The position numbers and the translations under genes are program-made. From IMG/VR virus record IMGVR_UViG_3300030376_006484, positions 1-64,000 of that record: a DNA stretch of 64,000 nucleotides. One strand, written 5' to 3'. Numbering within the stretch: the first letter of the stretch is position 1; every line of letters starts with the position of its first letter. The stretch is from a virus. Lineage: Duplodnaviria > Caudoviricetes. This document shows, piece after piece, positions 18,131 to 27,316 of the stretch. The notes beneath the pieces were generated by a model. That model was not told where the DNA came from. It worked only from the letters and a program-made list of their open reading frames with translations, and searched no databases.

Positions 18131-18337
18131 TCAACAGGAACCTCCAACAATAGCAGGAGTCAAGTCCACGCTACTAACAGTATCCCAATTGATAGAGTTA
18201 ATGTCTTGACGGCTCACCATCTCACCATCAACGAAAACCCAATGCGTAGGGTGTGTTTCAATTTGTTCTACAACTTTCTCTACGGAGAGTTGCAATTCAG
18301 TGTGTCCTGTTTCATTCAAAATAGTTAGTGTAATCAT
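18131..18337 (-). CDS. Ubiquitin-like beta-grasp protein (ThiS/MoaD/SAMP-like) with GG-SC end
   Basis: 68 aa; VFVDGEMV and VDLTPAIVGG match the ThiS/MoaD consensus; GAGGTGA SD. Confidence 0.8.
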   Translation of the reverse strand: MITLTILNETGHTELQLSVEKVVEQIETHPTHWVFVDGEMVSRQDINSINWDTVSSVDLTPAIVGGSC

Positions 18338-18338
18338 T

Positions 18339-19499
18339 TTAATTCACCTCTGTTTTATTCACCTTGTCATGACTATTTAAGCCATCCCCTTTATTTGCGG
18401 AAATCCAAACGGTTGCTTGTCTCTTTGTCACTTTTTCGCTACCGTTGTATCCTAAGTTTTGCATGTATTGGATTTGGTTATCTGTTGCCGCCTCCATACA
18501 TTTAGTTAATGTTTCAATTTGCCTTTGGGATAGAGCATTACCCCAATTAGAATTCTTCAATTTGATTTCTATATCCCGAAGGAAGTTAGTTGTCCAATTA
18601 TCAAAAGGAAGATTGTTCTTCACTTCGTAGTAATTACTAATCCCAAAGAATTCCATCTTATTAGAAATATTGCGAGAATACCTCTTCTCTCGCATACTAT
18701 CAACCTCGGCCATTTTCTTTTCCATATCAGCATCTTCTTCGGCAACAATAGCAAAGGTTTCTCTTGATGAATAGTAGAAATCATCTAAATCCTCTAACAG
18801 TTTTTTATTAGGGTAGCCCTTAGTATTAATTTGAGCCTTTGGGTTATCGGGATGATTCCAACGCCATACAATAGAAGCCATTTCTCCATCCATAGCCCTT
18901 TTACGAATATAGGTCTTGGGGCGATGTGTATTTAGTTTCTCATCCCAATAGAACCCTTTACTTCTAACATTGACTCGCAAATCTAAGTCCTTAATCTTGT
19001 TGAATTTAAACTCAAAGATTGAACCGTTATTAGCCCACCAAGCAGTTTTCTTCATTCCTTCAATCCGAACATTAATCCATTGGTCAATCATCTCATCCGT
19101 AATGTATTCATCTTCAAGACCCGTTTCCTGTTTAATCGCTCTAAGAATTAGATAAGAATTGATGTGGTCGCTACCAACACATTCCTTTCTACCATTCTCA
19201 GTATTTTCTATTTCAAAATGATAAATGATTCTATGACCACATAGACAACTACCGTATCCCATACTAGAATTCATAACCCACGGAGGGGCATCTTCGGCTC
19301 TATCTCCACCATATTGTGACCACCAAACATTTCCTGTAGCCAACCATTCTAATTTTGCATCGTCGTAATTGTCTGCATTAGAAAGACGGGTAAGTGCCTC
19401 TTTCAAAGCCCTATCCCATCTTCCATTTCCTAGTCTTCTCTTTGGTTGAACCAACTCTCTTTCGTAACTTAATTCAATTGCTTCTCTTGGTATATCCAT
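18339..19499 (-). CDS. Uncharacterised protein with CxCGH...VGSDH zinc-binding motif
   Basis: CLCGHRI...NTENG...VGSDHI; C-terminal ATDNQIQY...TKRQA motif. Confidence 0.7.
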   Translation of the reverse strand: MDIPREAIELSYERELVQPKRRLGNGRWDRALKEALTRLSNADNYDDAKLEWLATGNVWWSQYGGDRAEDAPPWVMNSSMGYGSCLCGHRIIYHFEIENTENGRKECVGSDHINSYLILRAIKQETGLEDEYITDEMIDQWINVRIEGMKKTAWWANNGSIFEFKFNKIKDLDLRVNVRSKGFYWDEKLNTHRPKTYIRKRAMDGEMASIVWRWNHPDNPKAQINTKGYPNKKLLEDLDDFYYSSRETFAIVAEEDADMEKKMAEVDSMREKRYSRNISNKMEFFGISNYYEVKNNLPFDNWTTNFLRDIEIKLKNSNWGNALSQRQIETLTKCMEAATDNQIQYMQNLGYNGSEKVTKRQATVWISANKGDGLNSHDKVNKTEVN

Positions 19500-19664
19500 T
19501 TCAAATCTCTCCTAATTCGTATTGTTTCTTTTTTGGTAGACAAAGATTGTGCATAATCTTCAATCCATCTCTATTAGTAACCATCCTAGCACAAGACTTA
19601 CATGTAGGGGTCTTACAATGGTCGCATAATGTGGTAGCACTGATGCTATCGCATGTTGAACACT

Positions 19665-19919
19665 TCACTTCATCATCTCCCTATCTTCTTTCTCAAATTT
19701 ATGTGCTTCACTAAGATAACTAGTCAAGATAAAGTCCATCTTTTCTTGCAGTGCTTCAATAACTCCTGCTATTGTTCTTCGCTTTAGACTAATCCAAAGT
19801 CTATGGTAAGTATTCAATACCACCTTAACTCCATCATCTTCTCCTTGCGTTATAACGATTGGAGGCATATCCTCGCTGTCAATTATTCTAAATTCTACTT
19901 TTTCATTCATGTTTATCAT
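19665..19919 (-). CDS. Hypothetical protein
   Basis: ORF in the operon. Confidence 0.55.
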   Translation of the reverse strand: MINMNEKVEFRIIDSEDMPPIVITQGEDDGVKVVLNTYHRLWISLKRRTIAGVIEALQEKMDFILTSYLSEAHKFEKEDREMMK

Positions 19920-20286
19920 TCCTTATTATTTTATTATTTATATCCATTACTTGTGCTTGCATTTTATCTTGGAAGAGTTTCATTAGCCCAAGTATATTTT
20001 TCAATATATTTTCTTCCATAGATTTTACTTGCTCTATTGCTACATTTTCAGCAATATCCCTTGTTATAGATTCAACTATAGTATCAAACATGGAAATTTT
20101 CTCTTCCATTCTTTCTATTCTAGTTTGTAGAGCAAGATATTCTGTTTGTTTTCTTTTGTTTGCGGATTGAACCGCACTACTTTGCTTTCTCATAGAGCGA
20201 CATTTTGTGCAAATACTACCCTTTCTTTCCCCTTCAAATTTTAAAGAAGTTGGTCTAAATTCTATTTCACATACCATACATTTCAT
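19903..20286 (-). CDS. Zinc finger plus coiled-coil protein
   Basis: CMVC...CTKC followed by heptads. Confidence 0.6.
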   Translation of the reverse strand: MKCMVCEIEFRPTSLKFEGERKGSICTKCRSMRKQSSAVQSANKRKQTEYLALQTRIERMEEKISMFDTIVESITRDIAENVAIEQVKSMEENILKNILGLMKLFQDKMQAQVMDINNKIIRNDKHE

Positions 20287-20358
20287 TTTTATTCCTCATT
20301 TATATTGGGTCTTGCACCCTTTCAACAATCATTTAACACTGCTACACTATTTGAATAA

Positions 20359-20442
20359 TGTCGGAGGCAGGATTTGAACCTGCGAATCATTAAGAACAGG
20401 AGTTTAAGCCCTGCGCCTTTGACCAAACTCGGCTACTCCGAC
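20359..20442 (-). tRNA. tRNA-Leu (UAA)
   Basis: GTCGGAG acceptor, TGG D-loop, CAGGG-CTTAAAC-TCCTG anticodon arm, long variable arm, GGTTCAAATCC T-arm; no encoded CCA. Confidence 0.92.
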
Positions 20443-20451
20443 TTGAATAGG

Positions 20452-20524
20452 CGAGCGTATCAGGATTTGAACCCGAATCCTCGGCTTAGAAGGCCAAGAT
20501 GCTATCCTATTACACCATACGCTC
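20452..20524 (-). tRNA. tRNA-Arg (UCU)
   Basis: GAGCGTA/TACGCTC acceptor, TTGGC-CTTCTAA-GCCGA anticodon arm, GGTTCAAATCC T-arm. Confidence 0.92.
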
Positions 20525-20761
20525 ATTCGTTATGTTCCAAACATTAGTTTGGTAATTTCCGCCTCTGCCTCCCATAACTGAGGTTTTTTCCGTTGAGAAA
20601 AATTGAGGTCGGGCCGACAAAATGTTTCTAACCTTCTGTCTAGTTGGGGCTATTTTATACCAATTGTTATTGATATAGCCCACGATTTCATTCAATGTTA
20701 AATCATCTCCTAATTCTTTAAAAGCACTTTCAATCATTGTTATGTGGCTTGTTTTTCCCAT
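20510..20761 (-). CDS. Winged-HTH-like protein overlapping the tRNA-Arg 5' end
   Basis: LTLNEIVGYIN...PTRQKVRNIL...F...VW; similar to 7034-7261. Confidence 0.6.
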   Translation of the reverse strand: MGKTSHITMIESAFKELGDDLTLNEIVGYINNNWYKIAPTRQKVRNILSARPQFFSTEKTSVMGGRGGNYQTNVWNITNERMV

Positions 20762-20786
20762 ACATTACACGAACCTTTACTAGTAT

Positions 20787-21089
20787 TTAATGTAGCCAAT
20801 TGAGAAGCCAAGCATCGTTCTTAGATTCAACCAATGTTCCTAGTTGGAATTTGGAATATTCGTCTGTATGTTTAGCCACAATAACAGAAGCCAAACTAAT
20901 AGCCAACTTTTCTTTACTTGTCTTTTCTAGGAAAACAGAAGCAATTCTCTTTGCTAGTTTTTCTTGTTCTCTACGGTGTTGTAGGACACAATAGCATTCT
21001 TCTTGATAAGTTATATCATGTGTATTATCAATAACTAACCTAATACCGCTACCGTCACAATGACTGCATTTACAACATTCTTGTGACAT
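20787..21089 (-). CDS. Protein with CxxCxGxG zinc finger
   Basis: CSHCDGSG...CYC. Confidence 0.55.
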   Translation of the reverse strand: MSQECCKCSHCDGSGIRLVIDNTHDITYQEECYCVLQHRREQEKLAKRIASVFLEKTSKEKLAISLASVIVAKHTDEYSKFQLGTLVESKNDAWLLNWLH

Positions 21090-21292
21090 TAGATAATCAC
21101 CACATTGTTCGCTTCCAAATAGTCATCTAAGTCCTCAAAGTTTACGATTACTTTATTGTCATCGCTTAAGTCAATTAGTACTCTCATTTTGCTAGGATAT
21201 GTAGTAAAGGAATTCATTGAAACCCATTCAATGTCCTCATACCAAATTGAGTAGTCGGGGTTATCTCTATCCTTTTTTTCTCGGTATAGCAT
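21089..21292 (-). CDS. Hypothetical protein
   Basis: GGAGG SD, coupled ORF. Confidence 0.5.
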   Translation of the reverse strand: MLYREKKDRDNPDYSIWYEDIEWVSMNSFTTYPSKMRVLIDLSDDNKVIVNFEDLDDYLEANNVVII

Positions 21293-21401
21293 CAGTATCC
21301 CTCCAAGAAAAGGAAACTAGCAGTTATTCCTAAATCGCTTATTGCGACATTATAATCACTAATGATTGTCCATTCAATTATTTCTTCTATTGTCATTGTA
21401 T

Positions 21402-21983
21402 TCACCTGTATTTGTTTAGTATTTTAGTAACTCTCCAAGAGGCAGGAAACCAACTGGGATTGTCTCGCCTTGTCCAAAAGGCAAACTCCCACTTACCTTC
21501 AAGGTAGTAGTGCTGATAGGATTTAATCACAAAATCCCATGTGTGTTTTTCTTCCGGTAGTCTGTATTCATCAGCCATAGCAATAGATACAGGACTCAAT
21601 TCTTCTTCATCATAAGAGAAGGTGAAACTGTCCTGTATTCTAGATTCAGTGCCGTGTGTCTTACCATAACGGTAAGAGTACTCCTTACAAAGAGCCACTG
21701 CATGATTGTATAACCACATGAAGTTAGCCTTGTTTTTCCTAGCCCAAATAGTACTGGGATGATTTAGCATAGCGGGTTTCATCATGTAAGAGAAGTGGGA
21801 TTCTTTGTGGAATTCCTTTAACTCTTTTAGAGAAGGTTCTCTACCGTGTGCTTCCCAAAACAAAAAGTATAGGGAATTAGTATGTAGCATTTGACAACTT
21901 TCAGTGGGCATTTTTACTACATGTTTGTCCAACATTTGTTGGGCTGATTCTACGGGGCATTTTGATAGTGCAAATATGTTCAT
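21402..21983 (-). CDS. Pyrimidine-dimer DNA glycosylase (DenV)-related phage protein
   Basis: MNIF...DKHVVKM..ESCQML, HPSTIW, LCKEY..RYGK.H, YY...K motifs. Confidence 0.7.
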   Translation of the reverse strand: MNIFALSKCPVESAQQMLDKHVVKMPTESCQMLHTNSLYFLFWEAHGREPSLKELKEFHKESHFSYMMKPAMLNHPSTIWARKNKANFMWLYNHAVALCKEYSYRYGKTHGTESRIQDSFTFSYDEEELSPVSIAMADEYRLPEEKHTWDFVIKSYQHYYLEGKWEFAFWTRRDNPSWFPASWRVTKILNKYR

Positions 21984-22207
21984 TCAATCATCTCCTTTGC
22001 TTTAGTCATTGTAACTACCCATTTTGTACCGCTTCCACAACCTTGACAATACCAAATATCGCCTTCATAAACATCGGGTTCTTCCGACCAATCAATGTCC
22101 GGCCTATCAGCCATGAGAAGCATATTTGATGGGTGGTAGCCTTGCATAGAAACACAGTGACTACAAACGCCAACCATTTCTTCTTCGTTTTTATCTGTGT
22201 CAATCAT
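21980..22207 (-). CDS. Zinc-ribbon protein with MIDTDK leader
   Basis: MIDTDKNEE; CSHC...CQGC. Confidence 0.6.
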   Translation of the reverse strand: MIDTDKNEEEMVGVCSHCVSMQGYHPSNMLLMADRPDIDWSEEPDVYEGDIWYCQGCGSGTKWVVTMTKAKEMIE

Positions 22208-22783
22208 TCTTCATCACCTCTACACGGACATTGACTAATCCAAGTCCCCTTTACCATAATATAAGCACAGGGCATCTCGCACTCGGAGCATTCTCCACCA
22301 AAGAAAGCACTCATTGTTCATCACCCCGACTACCTGCCCAACCACAAGAATAACAGGAATAGTAATTCTTATCTTCGTGTTGTTCAGCCATCCCTTGACA
22401 ACCTTTTCCTTTACATTTTATTTTCATATTTTCATTCTCCTTATTGATATTTGATATGCTTTGTAGGGGCGCATACCTAGACCCGTTAGTTCTTTGTAGA
22501 TTTCACTACGCTTTTCTTCTTGCTCCGCTTTACGATTCAAAAACACCGACTTGAATAAGTGCATTGATTCTTTACGAATTATGTCTTTCATATATTTCAT
22601 ATTATCACTTTAAAAATTAAAATTCCCTAAGCCAATTAACCTAGAGGGATGGGGGAAGAGAAGGAGGAGAACGAATCCCCCTAGTCAAAAGATAGAAACA
22701 CCAAACATGGAAGTAATGATAGAATTTTTCTCTTATTACGGACAAACCCCAAACTCTTTCGTCGGATAAACCAACTATGAGTG

Positions 22784-24217
22784 TTACTGTGGACTAGGCC
22801 CACAATAAAATAAGTTTCGCTTCGCTCTTGTTATTGCAACATAGCAAATATTTCGTTCTTCTTGTGGATTAGTTGCTCTCGGATGAGGCATCCTTTCCGT
22901 AGCCAAAAGATATACATTATCGGCTTCAAGCCCTTTTGCTTTGTGGACTGTGGACAACATAATGTCACCCTTACCATCGGAAGAAAAGACACGGTTAATC
23001 TCGTCAATAATTCCTTGAACACTGTTTGCTTTACCCACAAAAATACTCAAACAATTATACTTATCTTCTAGTGCAAGTGCTTGGTTCTTTTTCTCTTTCA
23101 AGAGTAGTCTTTCTGTCTCTTTACTAAAGTGCTGATTCAACAACAAATTAAACTCGGTAGAAGACATTCCCATATTCTTACGGGAAACCTTCTTCACATA
23201 GTTTGTTAGTCCCTTTGTCATGTCACGGCCTAGAATATAAGCCGACTTTCCATCAGCCAATAAACTATAGAACGCTGTAGCGAGAGGCGCATTATAGCGA
23301 CACAAAACAATGTCGCCTTTGATTGGATTAAGGCTAGCGAATTCTTCTACGCTACCTTCTTCCGCTTCATCTCGGCAAGTGAAATCCTTTACAAATCTGT
23401 TTGCTTCTTTTACAACAGATTTAGGACAACGCCATGTTACGCTAAGTGGGAATTTACTAACTCCTCTATTCGTCTTCCTTAGCAAGTCTTCAAAGATTTG
23501 CATACTAGAAGAATCGGCTCCTCGGAATCCGTAAATTGCTTGATTAGGGTCGCCTACTACAATACATCGGCCATCCGGCTCAACACTACGATAGATTAAT
23601 TGTCGCTGTGCTTCATTGAAATCTTGTGCCTCATCAACAAACAATACATCATACTTTTCCAACGGAAGATTGTTCACTAGAGGAATCCAAATCATATCAT
23701 CAAAATCAATAGTTGAAGAATTCATACTCAACTTCATAATTTGAGGTAGAGCATCAAAAGCCAACACTTCATCATGGTCTGTCTCAAAGTTAATGTTGTA
23801 AGAATCAACCAACTTAGCGATTGACTTTCTATCGCTACCTTCAACCATAGCACCCTTCATCAAAGATACTAGTTTAGCCAAAGGCACTGCGAAATAATCC
23901 GCACCAAGAACCTTCTTGATAATGTTATATGTCTTGGACTTATCCATCTTAGTTCGCCCATTTTGCTTAATTGCTCGGAATCCCATTGAATGAAATGTCG
24001 CCGCATAAACATCTTCGGGAAGACGCTTACCAAGTGTTGTTGCAATACTCTTATTGAATGCTAAGAAAGCCATCTTACCCGACATTCTTTTTGCACCTTC
24101 TACAATAGTGAAGGTCTTACCAACACCTGCTCCTGCATCAACTACAACATGGTTTTCACCATGTTCCATTTCAGCCCAAATGTCTTCTTGTTGTTGTGTG
24201 CCTACAATTACCATCAT
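22784..24217 (-). CDS. UvrD/Rep superfamily 1 helicase
   Basis: AGAGVGKT, LAFN, TFHS, VDEAQD, VGDPNQAIYGFRGA, STVHKAKGLE, YVAITRAK. Confidence 0.95.
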   Translation of the reverse strand: MMVIVGTQQQEDIWAEMEHGENHVVVDAGAGVGKTFTIVEGAKRMSGKMAFLAFNKSIATTLGKRLPEDVYAATFHSMGFRAIKQNGRTKMDKSKTYNIIKKVLGADYFAVPLAKLVSLMKGAMVEGSDRKSIAKLVDSYNINFETDHDEVLAFDALPQIMKLSMNSSTIDFDDMIWIPLVNNLPLEKYDVLFVDEAQDFNEAQRQLIYRSVEPDGRCIVVGDPNQAIYGFRGADSSSMQIFEDLLRKTNRGVSKFPLSVTWRCPKSVVKEANRFVKDFTCRDEAEEGSVEEFASLNPIKGDIVLCRYNAPLATAFYSLLADGKSAYILGRDMTKGLTNYVKKVSRKNMGMSSTEFNLLLNQHFSKETERLLLKEKKNQALALEDKYNCLSIFVGKANSVQGIIDEINRVFSSDGKGDIMLSTVHKAKGLEADNVYLLATERMPHPRATNPQEERNICYVAITRAKRNLFYCGPSPQ

Positions 24218-24474
24218 TCAACACCCAACCCAATGTCATACATTTCTTTGTGTTCTAGAACATCAATCCATCCCTTATTTACAGGAGAATATAATTGCTT
24301 CTTGATTGAACCATCCTTCAAAATATAAAGGCAAATGAAACCCGACTCATCTTGATAATTACATATCAAGGAATTATCCGGCCCCGCATACCACCTATCT
24401 TCAAATGTCCACCCTACTCCGCCTACAGCGAAGTGTCGTTCTTGCTTCTCGTTTATTTCTATTATTATTTGCAT
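24214..24474 (-). CDS. Hypothetical protein (probable start MQIIIE)
   Basis: GGAGGT SD upstream of the internal ATG; the longer start overlaps a hairpin-rich leader. Confidence 0.5.
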   Translation of the reverse strand: MQIIIEINEKQERHFAVGGVGWTFEDRWYAGPDNSLICNYQDESGFICLYILKDGSIKKQLYSPVNKGWIDVLEHKEMYDIGLGVE

Positions 24475-24489
24475 GTTTTTACCTCCTAT

Positions 24490-24630
24490 CAAAGGTGAGA
24501 GTAGGGCCACACTAAATAAATTAGTGATTATCTTAAAAGGCTCCATAGCCCTACTCTCTGTCTCTAACGGATAAAACCCGATTGAGACACCTAGACCTCC
24601 CCATTTTGTTTATAAGGGGTTCCCCCCCAT
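24490..24630 (-). promoter_or_regulatory. TATA-box promoter and structured 5' leader of the leftward operon
   Basis: Minus-strand CTTATAAA near 24619-24626; hairpins TGTCTC...GAGACA and GAGAGTAGGGC...GCCCTACTCTC. Confidence 0.5.
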
Positions 24631-24649
24631 TTCGGGTTAAGGATATTGG

Positions 24650-25140
24650 AGAAAAAGTATAGCATTATCAAAATACCATTGAAGTAAATAGTACTAGCAT
24701 TTTTACTACTTAGGTAAGACTAAACACCAATAGTATTTTTTTATGTAAAATATTGTTATCTTAATTATTATCATATTATTCTCTATTCGTAAACGAAGCA
24801 CTGCTCCATAATTCTCATTATTCTCATTTTTCTCTAGGGGTGTCAATTTCTCGCACCCCATATGAGAATAATGATAAAGATGAGAATTTGAAAAATGCTC
24901 TTTAGATATATGATAATAATGATAATATGATAATAATATATTAAAATATACTTATTTTCTTCAAAAAGACACTTTTTGCCCATTTATTATTCTCACTTCG
25001 GATGAGAATAACATGAGAAACTCAAAATTCCACACATATATGTTATATACATAAGACCAATTGAAAACCTGTAAAACAATATCAAGAAATAACAAACACA
25101 ATAAAAAGGAGAGTTATGAAGGAAGGATAGATATGTGATT
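24650..25140. other. AT-rich non-coding region with ATTCTCA/TGAGAAT repeats; candidate replication origin
   Basis: No ORF, very low GC, about 7 copies of TGAGAA(T) in both orientations, TGATAATAA repeats, at the strand switch. Confidence 0.45.
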
Positions 25141-25202
25141 TAGGTATTATGCGTAAGACGCTTTGTAGATGAGCATTAAATACCCTACCATGAATCTTGG
25201 TT

Positions 25203-25830
25203 GTCTTAGCCCACCACACACGGATAGATAAGGAAAAGGTGACGACCATGACAAAAGGAAAGAAAAACGAAACAAAAACAAGCGAAGCGGCTCAAGCCGT
25301 GGATTATTCAAAATACACCGCCCGATTGGGTGACATTCAAGGAGTCCTTGAAAAGGCTCCAAACGCCAAACTTCAAATGGCGGTGGATGACATTAATGGG
25401 GCTATTGAAGCGCAACTTGATGAGAAATTGTGCATTCAACTAATTGGTGCATTGAAAACCTACATTCAACTTGAAGGTGAAGCGGGAGCAATCTACGCCG
25501 ACGCTATGCCTCAACGACTACGCTCAAGCGACCCACTCGCTCAAGCACACTATACACGAATTGATGACGAATTGAACACATTGATGAACGACAACGCACC
25601 ACTTCTTGAAGTGATGTTTAGTCTAAAAATCGGTATGCGAGTTAAAGAAGGAGAAGAACCCACCATTGACGACTACCGTTCAACACTACGAAAGAAGAAT
25701 AGAGCCGTGAACAAATACAACAAAACCACTTCAACTACTGCTCAACCAACGGGGGACTCAAGCGAGGCGTGAAGCCCCGCTAACCCATGAAAATTAACCC
25801 TTAAGCCGTGTGTGGTGGGTTAAGGCTCCA
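25203..25830 (+). ncRNA. Panhandle element A: 21-bp 5'/3' stem plus 3' UCCA enclosing an ORF
   Basis: GTCTTAGCCCACCACACACGG (25203-25223) pairs with CCGTGTGTGGTGGGTTAAGGC (25806-25826), followed by TCCA. Confidence 0.7.
25248..25772 (+). CDS. Helical hypothetical protein, paralog of 28634-29149
   Basis: AGGTGA SD before ATG 25248; MAVDD...LDEKL...YADAMP versus MAVED...IDDKL...YADYLP. Confidence 0.75.
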   Translation: MTKGKKNETKTSEAAQAVDYSKYTARLGDIQGVLEKAPNAKLQMAVDDINGAIEAQLDEKLCIQLIGALKTYIQLEGEAGAIYADAMPQRLRSSDPLAQAHYTRIDDELNTLMNDNAPLLEVMFSLKIGMRVKEGEEPTIDDYRSTLRKKNRAVNKYNKTTSTTAQPTGDSSEA

Positions 25831-25835
25831 TTTAT

Positions 25836-25855
25836 GGCCCCCCTTACGGGGGGCT
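25836..25855 (+). terminator. GC-rich hairpin downstream of panhandle A
   Basis: GCCCCCC-TTAC-GGGGGGC. Confidence 0.55.
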
Positions 25856-25883
25856 TAAGTGGGGTTGTGTCTTGTCATTACCC

Positions 25884-25928
25884 CAAAGATTATCATTAAG
25901 CGACACAACCATATGGTATGTACTTTGA
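25884..25928. repeat. CAAAG...ACCATATGGT...CTTTG palindromic element, copy 1
   Basis: Read directly; upstream of ORF 25965. Confidence 0.7.
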
Positions 25929-25964
25929 ACATACCCCACTTGAACCAAATGAAAATAATAGGCT

Positions 25965-26273
25965 ATGAGAGTAAATTTCAGCCTAGAAGAATTGAATGCA
26001 GAAGAAGTAAGAGTAAACTACCAAACTAATTTAAGCGGTAGAGCGATGAACATAAGGACGACTTATGTTTATAGTTCCGAAGAAGATTATTGGGCGGCAT
26101 ACGACCTATTAGCAAAGCATAAACTAACTAGTGGATTCCAATTCCACTTTGACCAACGAAACGACACGAATGCAATAGTGACCGTAACAGAAGTTTCATT
26201 AGAATGGTACAGAAAAGAACAAAAACGAAAACAAGAACAGGGGGATTCACTGAGTAGTGAAACCAATGAGTAA
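25965..26273 (+). CDS. Hypothetical protein
   Basis: ORF downstream of the palindromic element. Confidence 0.6.
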   Translation: MRVNFSLEELNAEEVRVNYQTNLSGRAMNIRTTYVYSSEEDYWAAYDLLAKHKLTSGFQFHFDQRNDTNAIVTVTEVSLEWYRKEQKRKQEQGDSLSSETNE

Positions 26274-26682
26274 AATAAACCCATATCTAGACATATGGGA
26301 TTTTTTTACTGTTGAATCGTCCACTACCCCCACAACTACAAAGACGATAACAATTAAAACAATCAAACAAGAGGAATAAAAATGTATAAAATAATTAGAT
26401 TTAGATTTAACGGGCCAAACCGTACAATACAAAGAGGATTAACGCTAGAAGAAGCACAAGCCCACTGTCAAAGAGAAGATACTCACGGAGACGGTTGGTT
26501 TGACGGATATGCGGAGGAATAAAAATGAACAAAAAAATAGAAGCAACACTATACAAACTATTAGATTATGTCACTAGGACACTAAGGTATTACAGTATTA
26601 ATGATGACCATTGGAAGGTAGCACTTAGCCTAACAAGACATACTGCGAGAGAACTAATCGCATTAGTGGAGAGTGAAGAAGA

Positions 26683-27084
26683 ATGACTAGATTTCTAACA
26701 CACAAAGAATTTATGGAAATGACTGACCATTGGAGTTACACAGAAAAAATAGCATTCCTATTAGAGGATAGCGAGGTTTTAGATTCTATTCTAAAACACA
26801 TAGAATGCTCATGGAATGGTCGCTACACAATCATTAATCGTGAAACTAATGAAGCGGAAAAGGAAGACATTTACCATGTTACAAAGGAAGAGGTTAAGAT
26901 TCAAGAAGAGATGAACAAAAACAAGGAGGTTATGCTCAATGGATTTAAACAACAATTGCATAGTTTATATTCCTGCCTTGAACGAGTTGATGATGATGCG
27001 GCATTTGAGTGGGCAACGAAGAATGTAGGCGAAGATGATATGTGGATTGTTAGAGGGACAGGAAGGAGATGGTTGAATGATTAA
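26683..27084 (+). CDS. Hypothetical protein
   Basis: GGAGAGTGA SD, coupled to the next ORF. Confidence 0.6.
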   Translation: MTRFLTHKEFMEMTDHWSYTEKIAFLLEDSEVLDSILKHIECSWNGRYTIINRETNEAEKEDIYHVTKEEVKIQEEMNKNKEVMLNGFKQQLHSLYSCLERVDDDAAFEWATKNVGEDDMWIVRGTGRRWLND

Positions 27085-27316
27085 CACAGACAAATACGAA
27101 AAATACAAACCCACACAAGCCAACTACCAAACAAGCGAGAGGTACATCAAGGAACTGCTAACAGAAGTCATGCGGTTGCGTGGGATATTGGGCGACATTA
27201 TAGCCATAGATGAATGGGGCGGAGATGGTAAAGATGTTGGTATCACCATCACATGGTACGGAGATTATACTTTCAGTGGATGGTTAAACAAAGTTTACGA
27301 TGGGGTGACTGAATGA
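27077..27316 (+). CDS. Hypothetical protein, MIDTDK family
   Basis: MINTDKYEKY...ELLTEVMRLR. Confidence 0.65.
   Translation: MINTDKYEKYKPTQANYQTSERYIKELLTEVMRLRGILGDIIAIDEWGGDGKDVGITITWYGDYTFSGWLNKVYDGVTE

Noticed and set aside
18107-18136. Selenocysteine read-through at the Ubl GGSC-UGA
   Set aside because: No convincing SECIS or Sec machinery visible; TGA is a common stop here
25203-25830. IS/MITE with terminal inverted repeats, or BHB-type archaeal intron
   Set aside because: The ORF has no transposase motifs, no target duplication is seen, mismatches are mostly G.U-compatible, and no bulge-helix-bulge is present in the stems
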